A stretch of DNA of 64,000 nucleotides from Eledone cirrhosa (Eukaryota): the NCBI GenBank assembly GCA_964016885.1, contig OZ024743.1:330398001-330462000 (forward strand), written 5' to 3'. Positions 9,057-21,400 of this stretch are shown here, piece by piece. The translations under genes were made by a program, and so were the position numbers. The notes under the pieces were generated by a model, which worked only from the letters and a program-made list of their open reading frames with translations, made no database searches and had not been told where the DNA came from. Position 1 is the stretch's first letter. Every line of letters begins with the position of its first letter.

Positions 9057-9465
9057 TGTGTCAGTGTGTATAGTCAATGTGTATACATGTGTATATGAGT
9101 GTGTATGCGCGCGTGTGCGTGTGTGTGTGTGAAAAGGAGTTGTAGGTTAAAAGTAGGAAAAAAAGAACGAAAGAAAGAAATGGAACAGGCTGAGAATGAA
9201 AGAAGGCATAAAGAGGGAGAGGGTGTAACTTAGAGTGGGTGGCTATGAGAGAGAGAAAGAGAGAGAGGGGTATACGGAGATTGATAGGGGCTCAAGTGTG
9301 AGTGAGAGGGAGTGAGAGTGGAAGAGAGAGATTGAATGAAAGAGAGAAAGAGAGAAAATATGATACAAAGAAAGAAGTATATAGAGAGAGATACCAGAAT
9401 CGATAAAGACAATGATAGAGAGAGAGGGGGAGAATGAAAGAGAGAGTGAGTTAGAAATAAAGAAA
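9057..9465. repeat. Degenerate (TG)n followed by a purine-rich GA low-complexity tract; transition into the satellite
   Basis: TG/TA-rich at 9057-9131; GA-rich at 9132-9465. Confidence 0.8.
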
Positions 9466-12400
9466 GAGAGTGTGTATGAGAGAGAGGGTGTATGAGAGAG
9501 TGTGTATGAGAGAGTGTATGAGAGTGTGTATGAGAGAGAGTGTGTATGAGAGAGTGTATATGAGAGAGTGTGTATGAGAGAGAGTGTGTATGACAGAGTG
9601 TGTATGAGAGAGTGTGTATGAGAGACAGTGTGTATAAGAGTGTGTATGAGAGAGCCGGCGTATGAGAGTGTGTATGAGAGAGTGTGTATGAGAGTGTGTG
9701 TATGAGAGTGTGTATGAGAGAGAGTGTGTATGAGAGAGTGTGTATGAGAGTGTGTGTATGAGAGAGAGTGAGTATGAGAGAGTGTGTATGAGAAAGAGTG
9801 AGTATGAGAGAGTGTGTATGAGAGAGAGTGTGTATGAGAGAGTGTGTATGAGAGAGAGTGTGTATGAGAGAGAGTGTGTATGAGAGAGTGTGTATGAGAG
9901 AGTGTGTATGAGAGAGATCGAGTATGAGAGAGTGTGTATGAGAGAGAGTGTATGAGAGTGTGTATGAGAGAGAGTGTGTATGAGAGTTTGTATGAGAGAG
10001 TGTGTGCATGAGAGAATGTGTATGAGAGAGTGTGTATGAGAGAGAGTGTGTATGAGAGCGTGTATGAGAGAGTGTGTATGAGAGAGTGTGTATGAGAGAG
10101 TGTGTATGAGAGAGAGTGTGTATGAGAGTGTGTATGAGAGAGTGTGTATGAGAGTGTGTATGAGAGAATGTGTATGAGAGAGTGTGTATGAGAGAGTGTG
10201 TATGAGAGAGTGTGTATGTGAGAGAGTGAGTATGAGACAGTGTGTATGAGAGAGAGTGTGAATGAGAGAGTGTGTATGAGAGTGTGTGTATGAGAGAGAG
10301 TGAGTATGAGAGAGTGTGTATGAGAAAGAGTGAGTATGAGAGAGTGTGTAGGAGAGAGAGTGTGTATGAGAGAGTGTGTATGAGAGAGAGTGTGTATGAG
10401 AGAGAGTGTGTATGAGAGAGTGTGTATGAGAGAGTGTGTATGAGAGAGATCGAGTATGAGAGAGTGTGTATGAGAGAGAGTGTATGAGAGTGTGTATGAG
10501 AGAGAGTGTGTATGAGAGTGTGTATGAGAGAGAGTGTGTATGAGAGAGTGTGTATGAGAGAGTGTGTGTATGAGAGAGTGTGTATGAGAGAGTGTGTGTA
10601 TGAGAGAGTGTGTATGAGAGAGTGTGTATGAGAGAGTGTGTATGAGAGAGAGTGTGTATGAGAGAGTGTGTATGAGAGAGAGTGTGTATGAGAGTGTGTA
10701 TGAGAGAGCCGGCGTATGAGAGTGTGTATGAGAGAGTGTGTATGAGAGTGTGTGTATGAGAGTGTGTATGAGAGAGAGTGTGTATGAGAGAGTGTGTATG
10801 AGAGTGTGTGTATGAGAGAGAGTGAGTATGAGAGAGTGTGTATGAGAAAGAGTGAGTATGAGAGAGTGTGTATGAGAGAGAGTGTGTATGAGAGAGTGTG
10901 TATGAGAGAGAGTGTGTATGAGAGAGAGTGTGTATGAGAGAGTGTGTATGAGAGAGTGTGTATGAGAGAGATCGAGTATGAGAGAGTGTGTATGAGAGAG
11001 AGTGTATGAGAGTGTGTATGAGAGTTTGTATGAGAGAGTGTGTGCATGAGAGAATGTGTATGAGAGAGTGTGTATGAGAGAGAGTGTGTATGAGAGCGTG
11101 TATGAGAGAGTGTGTATGAGAGAGTGTGTATGAGAGAGTGTGTATGAGAGAGAGTGTGTATGAGAGTGTGTATGAGAGAGTGTGTATGAGAGTGTGTATG
11201 AGAGAATGTGTATGAGAGAGTGTGTATGAGAGAGTGTGTATGAGAGAGTGTGTATGTGAGAGAGTGAGTATGAGAAAGTGTGTATGAGAAAGTGTGTATG
11301 AGAGAGAGTGAGTATGAGAGAGTGTGTATGAGAGAGAGTGTGTATGAGAGAGTGTGTATAAGAGTGTATATGAGAGAGAGTGTGTATTAGAGAGAGTGTG
11401 TATGAGAGTGTGTATGAGAGAGTGTGTATGAGAGAGAGTGTGTATGAGAGAGTCTGTATGAGAGAGTGTGTATGAGAGAGAGTGTGTATCAGAGAGTGTG
11501 CATGAGAGAGTGTGTATGAGAGAGAGTGTGTATGAGAGAGAGTGTATGAGAGAGAGTGTGTATGAGAGAGTGTATGAGAGAGTGAGTATGAGACAGTGTG
11601 TATGAGAGAGAGTGTGAATGAGAGAGTGTGTATGAGAGTGTGTGTATGAGAGAGAGTGAGTATGAGAGAGTGTGTATGAGAAAGAGTGAGTATGAGAGAG
11701 TGTGTAGGAGAGAGAGTGTGTATGAGAGAGTGTGTATGAGAGAGAGTGTGTATGAGAGAGAGTGTGTATGAGAGAGTGTGTATGAGAGAGTGTGTATGAG
11801 AGAGATCGAGTATGAGAGAGTGTGTATGAGAGAGAGTGTATGAGAGTGTGTATGAGAGAGAGTGTGTATGAGAGTGTGTATGAGAGAGAGTGTGTATGAG
11901 AGAGTGTGTATGAGAGAGTGTGTGTATGAGAGAGTGTGTATGAGAGAGTGTGTGTATGAGAGAGTGTGTATGAGAGAGTGTGTATGAGAGAGTGTGTATG
12001 AGAGAGAGTGTGTATGAGAGAGTGTGTATGAGAGAGAGTGTGTATGAGAGTGTGTATGAGAGAGTGTGTATGAGAGAGTGTATGAGAGAGTGTGTATGAG
12101 AGAGAGTGTGTATGAGAGTGTGTATGAGAGAGTGTGTATGAGAGTGTGTATGAGAGTGTGTATGAGAGAGTTTGTATGAGAGAGTGTGTATGAGAGTGTG
12201 TATGAGAGAGAGTGTGTATGAGAGAGTGTGTATGTGAGAGAGTGAGTATGAGAGAGTGTGTATGAGAGAGAGTGTGTATGAGAGAGAGTGAGTATGAGAG
12301 AGTGTGTATGAGAGAGTGTTTATGAGAGAGTGTGTATGAGAGACAGTGTGTATGAGAGAGAGTGTGTATGAGAGAGAGTGTGTATGTGAGAGAGTGTGTA

Positions 12401-15400
12401 TGAGAGTGTGTATGAGAGAGTGTGCATGAGAAAGTGTGTATGAGAGAGAGTGTGTATGAGAGAGAGTGTATGAGAGAGAGTGTGTATGAGAGAGTGTATG
12501 AGAGAGTGAGTATGAGACAGTGTGTATGAGAGAGAGTGTGAATGAGAGAGTGTGTATGAGAGTGTGTGTATGAGAGAGAGTGAGTATGAGAGAGTGTGTA
12601 TGAGAAAGAGTGAGTATGAGAGAGTGTGTAGGAGAGAGAGTGTGTATGAGAGAGTGTGTATGAGAGAGAGTGTGTATGAGAGAGAGTGTGTATGAGAGAG
12701 TGTGTATGAGAGAGTGTGTATGAGAGAGATCGAGTATGAGAGAGTGTGTATGAGAGAGAGTGTATGAGAGTGTGTATGAGAGAGAGTGTGTATGAGAGTG
12801 TGTATGAGAGAGAGTGTGTATGAGAGAGTGTGTATGAGAGAGTGTGTGTATGAGAGAGTGTGTATGAGAGAGTGTGTGTATGAGAGAGTGTGTATGAGAG
12901 AGTGTGTATGAGAGAGTGTGTATGAGAGAGAGTGTGTATGAGAGAGTCTGTATGAGAGAGAGTATGTATGAGAGAGTGTGTATGAGAGAGAGTATGTATG
13001 AGAGAGTGTGTATGAGAGAGAGTGAGTATGAGAGAGTGTGTATGAGAGTGTGTATGAGAGAGTGTGCATGAGAAAGTGTGTATGAGAGAGAGTGTGTATG
13101 AGAGAGAGTGTATGAGAGAGAGTGTGTATGAGAGAGTGTATGAGAGAGTGAGTATGAGACAGTGTGTATGAGAGAGAGTGTGAATGAGAGAGTGTGTATG
13201 AGAGTGTGTGTATGAGAGAGAGTGAGTATGAGAGAGTGTGTATGAGAAAGAGTGAGTATGAGAGAGTGTGTAGGAGAGAGAGTGTGTTTGAGAGAGTGTG
13301 TATGAGAGAGAGTGTGTATGAGAGAGAGTGTGTATGAGAGAGTGTGTATGAGAGAGTGTGTATGAGAGAGATCGAGTATGAGAGAGTGTGTATGAGAGAG
13401 AGTGTATGAGAGTGTGTATGAGAGAGAGTGTGTATGAGAGAGAGTGTGTATGAGAGTGTGTATGAGAGAGAGTGTGTATGAGAGAGTGTGTATGAGAGAG
13501 TGTGTGTATGAGAGAGTGTGTATGAGAGAGTGTGTGTATGAGAGAGTGTGTATGAGAGAGTGTGTATGAGAGAGTGTGTATGAGAGAGAGTGTGTATGAG
13601 AGAGTCTGTATGAGAGAGAGTATGTATGAGAGAGTGTGTATGAGAGAGAGTATGTATGAGAGAGTGTGTATGAGAGAGAGTGTGTATGAGAGTGTGTATG
13701 AGAGAGTGTGTATGAGAGAGTGTGTATGAGAGAGTGTGTATGAGAGAGAGTGTGTATGAGAGTGTGTATGAGAGAGTGTGTATGAGAGTGTGTATGAGAG
13801 TGTGTATGAGAGAGTTTGTATGAGAGAGTGTGTATGAGAGTGTGTATGAGAGAGAGTGTGTATGAGAGAGTGTGTATGTGAGAGAGTGAGTATGAGAGAG
13901 TGTGTATGAGAGAGAGTGTGTATGAGAGAGAGTGAGTATGAGAGAGTGTGTATGAGAGAGTGTTTATGAGAGAGTGTGTATGAGAGACAGTGTGTATGAG
14001 AGAGAGTGTGTATGAGAGTGTGTGTATGAGAGAGAGTGTGTATGAGAGAGAGTGTGTATGTGAGAGAGTGTGTATGAGAGTGTGTATGAGAGAGAGTGTG
14101 TATGAGAGAGAGTATGTATGAGAGAGTCTGTATGAGAGAGAGTATGTATGAGAGAGTGTGTATGAGAGAGAGTATGTATGAGAGAGTGTGTATGAGAGAG
14201 AGTGAGTATGAGAGAGTGTGTATGAGAGAGAGTATGTATGAGAGAGTGTGTATGAGAGAGTGAGTATGGGAGAGTGTGTATGAGAGAGAGTGTGTATGAG
14301 AGTGTGTATGAGAGAGAGTGTGTATGAGAGAGTGTGTATGAGAGAGAGTGTGTATGAGAGAGTGTGTGTATGAGAGAGAGTGTGTATGAGAGAGAGGGTG
14401 TATGAGAGAGTGTGTATGAGAGAGAGTGTGTATAAAAGAGAGTGTGTATGTGAGAGAGTGTGTATGAGAGTGTGTATGAGAGAGTATGTATGAGAGAGTG
14501 TTTATGAGAGAGAGTGAGTATGAGAGAGTGTGTATGAGAGAGAGTGTGTATGAGAGAGAGTGTGTATGAGAGAGAGTGTGTATGAGAGTGTGTATGAGAG
14601 AGTGTGTAAGAGAGAGAGTGTGTATGAGAGAGTGTGTATGAGAGAGCGTGTATGAGAGAGCGTGTGTATGAGAGAGTGTGTATGAGAGAGTGTGTATGAG
14701 AGAGAGTGTGTATGAGAGAGTGTATGAGAGTGTGTATGAGAGAGAGTGTGTATGAGAGAGTCTGTATGAGAGAGTGTGTATCAGAGAGAGTGTGTATGAG
14801 AGAGTGTGCATGAGAGAGTGTGTATGAGAGAGAGTGTGTATGAGAGATAGTGTATGAGAGAGAGTGTGTATGAGAGAGTGTAAGAGAGAGTGAGTATGAG
14901 AGAGTGTGTATGAGAGAGAGTGTGTATGAGAGAGTGTATGAGAGAGAGTGTGTATGAGAGAGTGTGTATGAGAGAGTGTGTATGAGAGAGTGTGTATGAG
15001 AGTGTGTATGAGAGAGTTTGTATGAGAGAGTGTGTATGAGAGAGAGTGTGTATGAGAGTGTGTATGAGAGTGTGTATGAGAGAGTGTGTATGAGAGAGAG
15101 TGAGTATGAGGGAGTGTGTATGAGAGAGAGTGTGTATCAGAGTGTGTATGAGAGAGTGTGTATGAGAGTGTGTAGGAGAGAGTGTGTATGAGAGTGTGTA
15201 TGAGAAAGAGTGTGTATGAGAGAGTGTGTAGGAGAGTGTGTGTATGAGAGAGAGTGAGTATGAGAGAGTCTGTATGTGAAAAAGTGAGTATGAGAGAGTG
15301 TGTATGAGAGAGAGTGTGTATGAGAGAGTGTGTATGAGAGAGAGTGTGTATGAGAGAGTGTGTATGAGAGAGTATGTATGAGAGAGAGCGAGTATGAGAG

Positions 15401-18400
15401 AGTGAGTATGAGAGAGAGTGTGTATGAGAGAGTGTGTATGAGAGTTTGTGTATGAGAGAGAGTGCGTATGAGAGAGTGTTTATGAGAGAGTGTGTATGAG
15501 AGAGAGTGTGTATAAGAGTGTGTATGAGAGAGTGTGTATGAGAGAGTGTGTATGTGAGAGAATGACTATGAGAGAGTGTGTATGAGAAAGTGTGTATGAG
15601 AGAGAGTGAGTATGAGAGAGTGTGTATGAGAGAGAGTGTGTATGAGAGAGAGTGTGTATGAGACAGAGTGTCTATGAGAGAGTGTGTATGAGAGAGTGTG
15701 TATGAGAGAGAGTGTGTATGAGAGTGTGTATGAGAGAGAGTGTATGAGAGAGTGTGTATGAGAGAGAGTGTGTATGAGAGTGTGTATGAGAGAGAGTGTA
15801 TGAGAGAGTGTATGAGAGAGAGTGTGTATGAGAGAGAGTATGTATGAGAGAGTGTGTATGAGAGAGTGTATGAGAGAGAGTGTGTATGAGAGAGAGTGTA
15901 TATGACAGAGAGTGTGTATGAGAGTGTGTATGAGAGAGTGTGTATGAGAGAGTGTGTATGAGAGTGAGTGTGTATGAGATAGTGAGTGTGTATGAGATAG
16001 TGTATGAGAGAGTGTGTATTAGAGAGTGTGTATGAGGGAGTGTATGAGAGAGAGTGTGTATGAGAGAGTGTGTATGAGAGAGTGTTTATAAGAGAGTGTG
16101 TATGAGAGGGAGTGTATGAGAGTGTGTATGAGAGAGAGTGTATGAGAGAGTGTGTATGAGTGAGTGTGTATGAGAGAGAGTGTGTATGAGAGAGTATGTA
16201 TGAGAGAGAGTGTATGAGAGAGAGTGTATGAGAGTGTGTATGAGAGAGTGTGTATGAGAGAGAGTGTGTATGAGAGAGTGTGTATGAGAGAGAGTGTGTA
16301 TGAGAGAGTGTGTATGAGAGAGAGTGTATGAGAGTGTGTATGAGAGAGTGTGTGTATGAGAGAGTGTGTATGAGAGAGTGTGTATGAGAGTGTGTATGAG
16401 AGAGTGTGTATGAGAGAGAGAGAGTGTGTATGAGAGAGTGTGTATGAGAGAGTGTGTATGAGAGTGAGTGTGTATGAGAGTGTGTATGAGAGAGTGTGTA
16501 TGAGAAAGTGTGTATGAGAGTGAGTGTGTTTGAGAGTATGTATGAGAGAGTGTGTATGAGAGAGTGTGTATGAGAGAGAGTGTGTATGAGAGAGTGTGTA
16601 TGAGAGATAGTGTGTATGAGAGTATGTATGATAGAGTGTAAGAGAGAGAGTGTGTATGAGAGAGAGTATGTATGAGAGAGTGTGTATGAGAGAGTGTATG
16701 AGAGAGAGTGTGTATTACAGAGAGTGTGTATGAGAGAGTGTTTATGAGAGTGAGTATGAGAGAGTGTGTATGAGCGAGAGTATGTATGAGAGAGTGTGTA
16801 TGAGAGAGAGTGAGTATGAGAGAGTGTGTATGAGAGAGAGTGTGTATGAGAGTGTGTATGAGAGAGAGTGTGTATGAGAGAGTGTGTATGAGAGAGAGTG
16901 TAAGAGAGAGAGTGTGTATGACAGAGTGTGTATGAGAGAGCGTGTATGAGAGAGTGTGTGTATGAGAGAGTGTGTATGAGAGAGTGTGTATGAGAGAGAG
17001 TGTGTATGAGAGAGTGTGTGTATGAGAGAGAGTGTGTATGAGAGAGAGTGTGTATGACAGTGTGTATGAGAGAGTATGTATAAGAGAGTGTGTATGAGAG
17101 AGAGTGAGTATGAGAGAGTGTGTATGAGAGAGAGTGTGTATGAGAGTGTGTATGAGAGAGAGTGTGTATGAGAGAGTGTGTATGAGAGAGAGTGTGTATG
17201 AGAGAGAGTGTGTATGAGAGTGTGTATGAGAGAGTGTGTATGAGAGAGAGTGTGTATGAGAGTGTGTGTATGAGAGAGAGTGTGTATGAGAGAGAGTGTG
17301 TATGAGAGAGTGTGTGTATGAGAGAGAGTGTGTATGAGAGTGTGTATGAGAGTGTGTGTAAGATAGAGAGTGTGTATGACAGAGTGTGTATGAGAGAGCG
17401 TGTATGAGAGAGCGTGTGTATGAGAGAGTGTGTATGAGAGAGTGTGTATGAGAGAGAGTGTGTATGAGAGTGTGTGTATGAGAGAGAGTGTTTATGAGAG
17501 AGAGTGTGTATGTGAGAGAGTGTGTATGAGAGTGTGTATGAGAGAGAGTGTGTATGAGAGAGAGTGTGTATGACAGTGTGTATGAGAGAGTATGTATGAG
17601 AGAGTGTGTATGAGAGAGAGTGAGTATGAGAGAGTGTGTATGAGAGAGAGTGTGTATGAGAGTGTGTATGAGAGAGAGTGTGTATGAGAGAGTGTGTATG
17701 AGAGAGAGTGTGTATGAGAGAGAGTGTGTATAAGAGTGTGTATGAGAGAGTGTGTAAGAGAGAAAGTGTGTATGACAGACTGTGTATGAGAGAGCGTGTA
17801 TGAGAGAGCGTGTGTATGAGAGAGTGTGTATGAGAGAGTGTGTATGAGAGAGAGTGTGTATGAGAGTGTGTGTATGAGAGAGAGTGTTTATGAGAGAGAG
17901 TGTGTATGTGAGAGAGTGTGTATGAGAGTGTATATGAGAGAGAGTGTGTATGAGAGAGAGTGTGTATGAGAGAGAGTGTGTATGAGAGAGAGTGTATATG
18001 AGAGAGAGTGTGTATGTGAGAGAGTGTGTATGAGAGTGTGTATGAGAGAGTATGTATGAGAGAGTGTGTATGAGAGAGAGTCAGTATGAGAGAGTGTGTA
18101 TGAGAGAGAGTGTGTATGAGAGTGTGTATGAGAGAGAGTGTGTATGAGAGAGTGTGTATGAGTGAGAGTGTGTATGAGAGAGTGTGTATGAGAGAGAGTG
18201 TGTATGAGAGAGAGTGTGTATGAGAGTGTGTATGAGAGAGTGTGTATGAGAGAGCATGTATGAGAGAGCGTGTGTATGAGAGAGTGTGTATGAGAGAGTG
18301 TCTATGAGAGAGAATGTGTATGAGAGAGTGTGTATGAGAGTGAGTGTGTATGAGAGTGTGTATGAGAGAGTGTGTATGAGAGGGTGTGTATGAGAGTGAG

Positions 18401-21400
18401 TGTGTTTGAGAGTATGTATGAGAGAGTGTGTATGATAGAGTGTGTATGAGAGAGAGTGTGTATGAGAGAGTGTGTATGAGAGACAGTGTGTATGAGAGTA
18501 TGTATGAGAGAGTGTATGAGAGAGAGTGTGTATGAGAGAGAGTATGTATGAGAGAGTGTGTATGAGAGAGTGTATGAGAGAGAGTGTGTATTACAGAGAG
18601 TGTGTATGAGAGAGTGTGTATGAGAGAGAGTATGTATGAGAGAGTGTGTATGAGAGAGAGTGTGTATGAGAGAGTGTGTATGAGAGAGAGTGTGTATGAG
18701 AGAGTGTGTGTATGAGAGAGAGTGTGTATGAGAGTGTGTATGAGAGAGTGTGTAAGAGAGAGAGTGTGTATGACAGAGTGTGTATGAGAGAGTGTGTATG
18801 AGAGTGAGTATGAGAGAGTGTGTATGAGAGAGAGTATGTATGAGAGAGTGTGTATGAGAGAGAGTGAGTATGAGAGAGTGTGTATGAGAGAGAGTGTGTA
18901 TGAGAGTGTGTATGAGAGAGAGTGTGTATGAGAGAGTGTGTATGAGAGAGAGTGTGTATGAGAGAGTGTGTGTATGAGAGAGAGTGTGTATGAGAGTGTG
19001 TATGAGAGAGTGTGTAAGAGAGAGAGTGTGTATGACAGAGTGTGTATGAGAGAGCGTGTATGAGAGAGCGTGTGTATGAGAGAGTGTGTATGAGAGAGTG
19101 TGTATGAGAGAGAGTGTGTATGAGAGTGTGTGTATGAGAGAGAGTGTGTATGAGAGAGTGTGTGTATGAGAGAGAGTGTGTATGAGAGTGTGTATGAGAG
19201 TGTGTGTAAGATAGAGAGTGTGTATGACAGAGTGTGTATGAGAGAGCGTGTATGAGAGAGCGTGTGTATGAGAGAGTGTGTATGAGAGTGTGTGTATAAG
19301 AGAGAGTGTGTATGAGAGTGTGTGTATGAGAGAGAGTGTTTATGAGAGAGAGTGTGTATGTGAGAGAGTGTGTATTAGAGTGTGTATGAGAGAGAGTGTG
19401 TATGAGAGAGTGTGTGTATGAGAGAGAGTGTGTATGAGAGAGAGTGTGTATGACAGTGTGTATGAGAGAGTATGTATAAGAGAGTGTGTATGAGAGAGAG
19501 TGAGTATGAGAGAGTGTGTATGAGAGAGAGTGTGTATGAGAGTGTGTATGAGAGAGAGTGTGTATGAGAGAGTGTGTATGAGAGAGAGTGTGTATGAGAG
19601 AGAGTGTGTATGAGAGTGTGTATGAGAGAGTGTGTAAGAGAGAAAGTGTGTATGACAGAGTGTGTATGAGAGAGCGTGTATGAGAGAGCGTGTGTATGAG
19701 AGAGTGTGTATGAGAGAGTGTGTATGAGAGAGAGTGTGTATGAGAGTGTGTGTATGAGAGAGAGTGTTTATGAGAGAGAGTGTGTATGTGAGAGAGTGTG
19801 TATGAGAGTGTGTATGAGAGAGAGTGTGTATGAGAGAGAGTGTGTATGAGAGAGAGTGTGTATGAGAGTGTGTATGAGAGAGAGTGTGTATGAGAGTGTG
19901 TATGAGAGATAGTGAGTATGAGAGAGTGTGTATGAGAGAGAGTGTGTATGAGAGTGTGTATGAGAGAGAGTGTGTATGAGAGTGTGTATGAGAGTGTGTA
20001 TGAGAGAGAGTGTTTATGAGAGTGTGTATGAGAGAGAGTGAGTATGAGAGAGTGTGTATGAGAGAGAGTGTGTATGAGAGTGTGTATGAGAGAGAGTGTG
20101 TATGAGAGTGTGTATGAGAGAGTGTGTATGAGAGAGCGTGTATGAGAGAGCGTGTGTATGAAAGAGTGTGTATGAGAGAGAGTGAGTATGAGATAGTGAG
20201 TGTGTATGAGATAGTGTATGAGAGAGTGTGTATTAGAGAGTGTGTATGAGAGAGTGTATGAGAGAGAGTGTGTATGAGAGAGTGTGTATGAGAGAGTGTT
20301 TATAAGAGAGTGTGTATGAGAGGGAGTGTATGAGAGTGTGTATGAGAGAGAGTGTATGAGAGAGTGTGTATGAGTGAGTGTGTATGAGAGAGAGTGTGTA
20401 TGAGAGAGTATGTATGAGAGAGAGTGTATGAGAGAGAGTGTATGAGAGAGTGTGTGTATGAGAGAGTGTGTATGAGAGAGAGTGTGTATGAGAGAGTGTG
20501 TATGAGAGAGAGTGTGTATGAGAGAGTGTGTATGAGAGAGAGTGTATGAGAGTGTGTATGAGAGAGTGTGTGTATGAGAGAGTGTGTATGAGAGAGTGTG
20601 TATGAGAGTGTGTATGAGAGAGTGTGTATGAGAGAGAGAGTGTGTATGAGAGCGTGTGTATGAGAGAGTGTGTATGAGAGTGAGTGTGTATGAGAGTGTG
20701 TATGAGAGAGTGTGTATGAGAAAGTGTGTATGAGAGTGAGTGTGTTTGAGAGTATGTATGAGAGAGTGTGTATGAGAGAGTGTGTATGAGAGAGAGTGTG
20801 TATGAGAGAGTGTGTATGAGAGACAGTGTGTATGAGAGTATGTATGATAGAGTGTAAGAGAGAGAGTGTGTATGAGAGAGAGTATGTATGAGAGAGTGTG
20901 TATGAGAGAGTGTATGAGAAAGAGTGTGTATTACAGAGAGTGTGTATGAGAGAGTGTTTATGAGAGTGAGTATGAGAGAGTGTGTATGAGAGAGAGTATG
21001 TATGAGAGAGTGTGTATGAGAGAGAGTGAGTATGAGAGAGTGTGTATGAGAGAGAGTGTGTATGAGAGTGTGTATGAGAGAGAGTGTGTATGAGAGAGTG
21101 TGTATGAGAGAGAGTGTAAGAGAGAGAGTGTGTATGACAGAGTGTGTATGAGAGAGCGTGTATGAGAGAGCGTGTGTATGAGAGAGTGTGTATGAGAGAG
21201 TGTGTATGAGAGAGAGTGTGTATGAGAGTGTGTGTATGAGAGAGAGTGTGTATGAGAGAGTGTGTGTATGAGAGAGAGTGTGTATGAGAGTGTGTATGAG
21301 AGTGTGTGTAAGATAGAGAGTGTGTATGACAGAGTGTGTATGAGAGAGCGTGTATGAGAGAGCGTGTGTATGAGAGAGTGTGTATGAGAGAGTGTGTATG

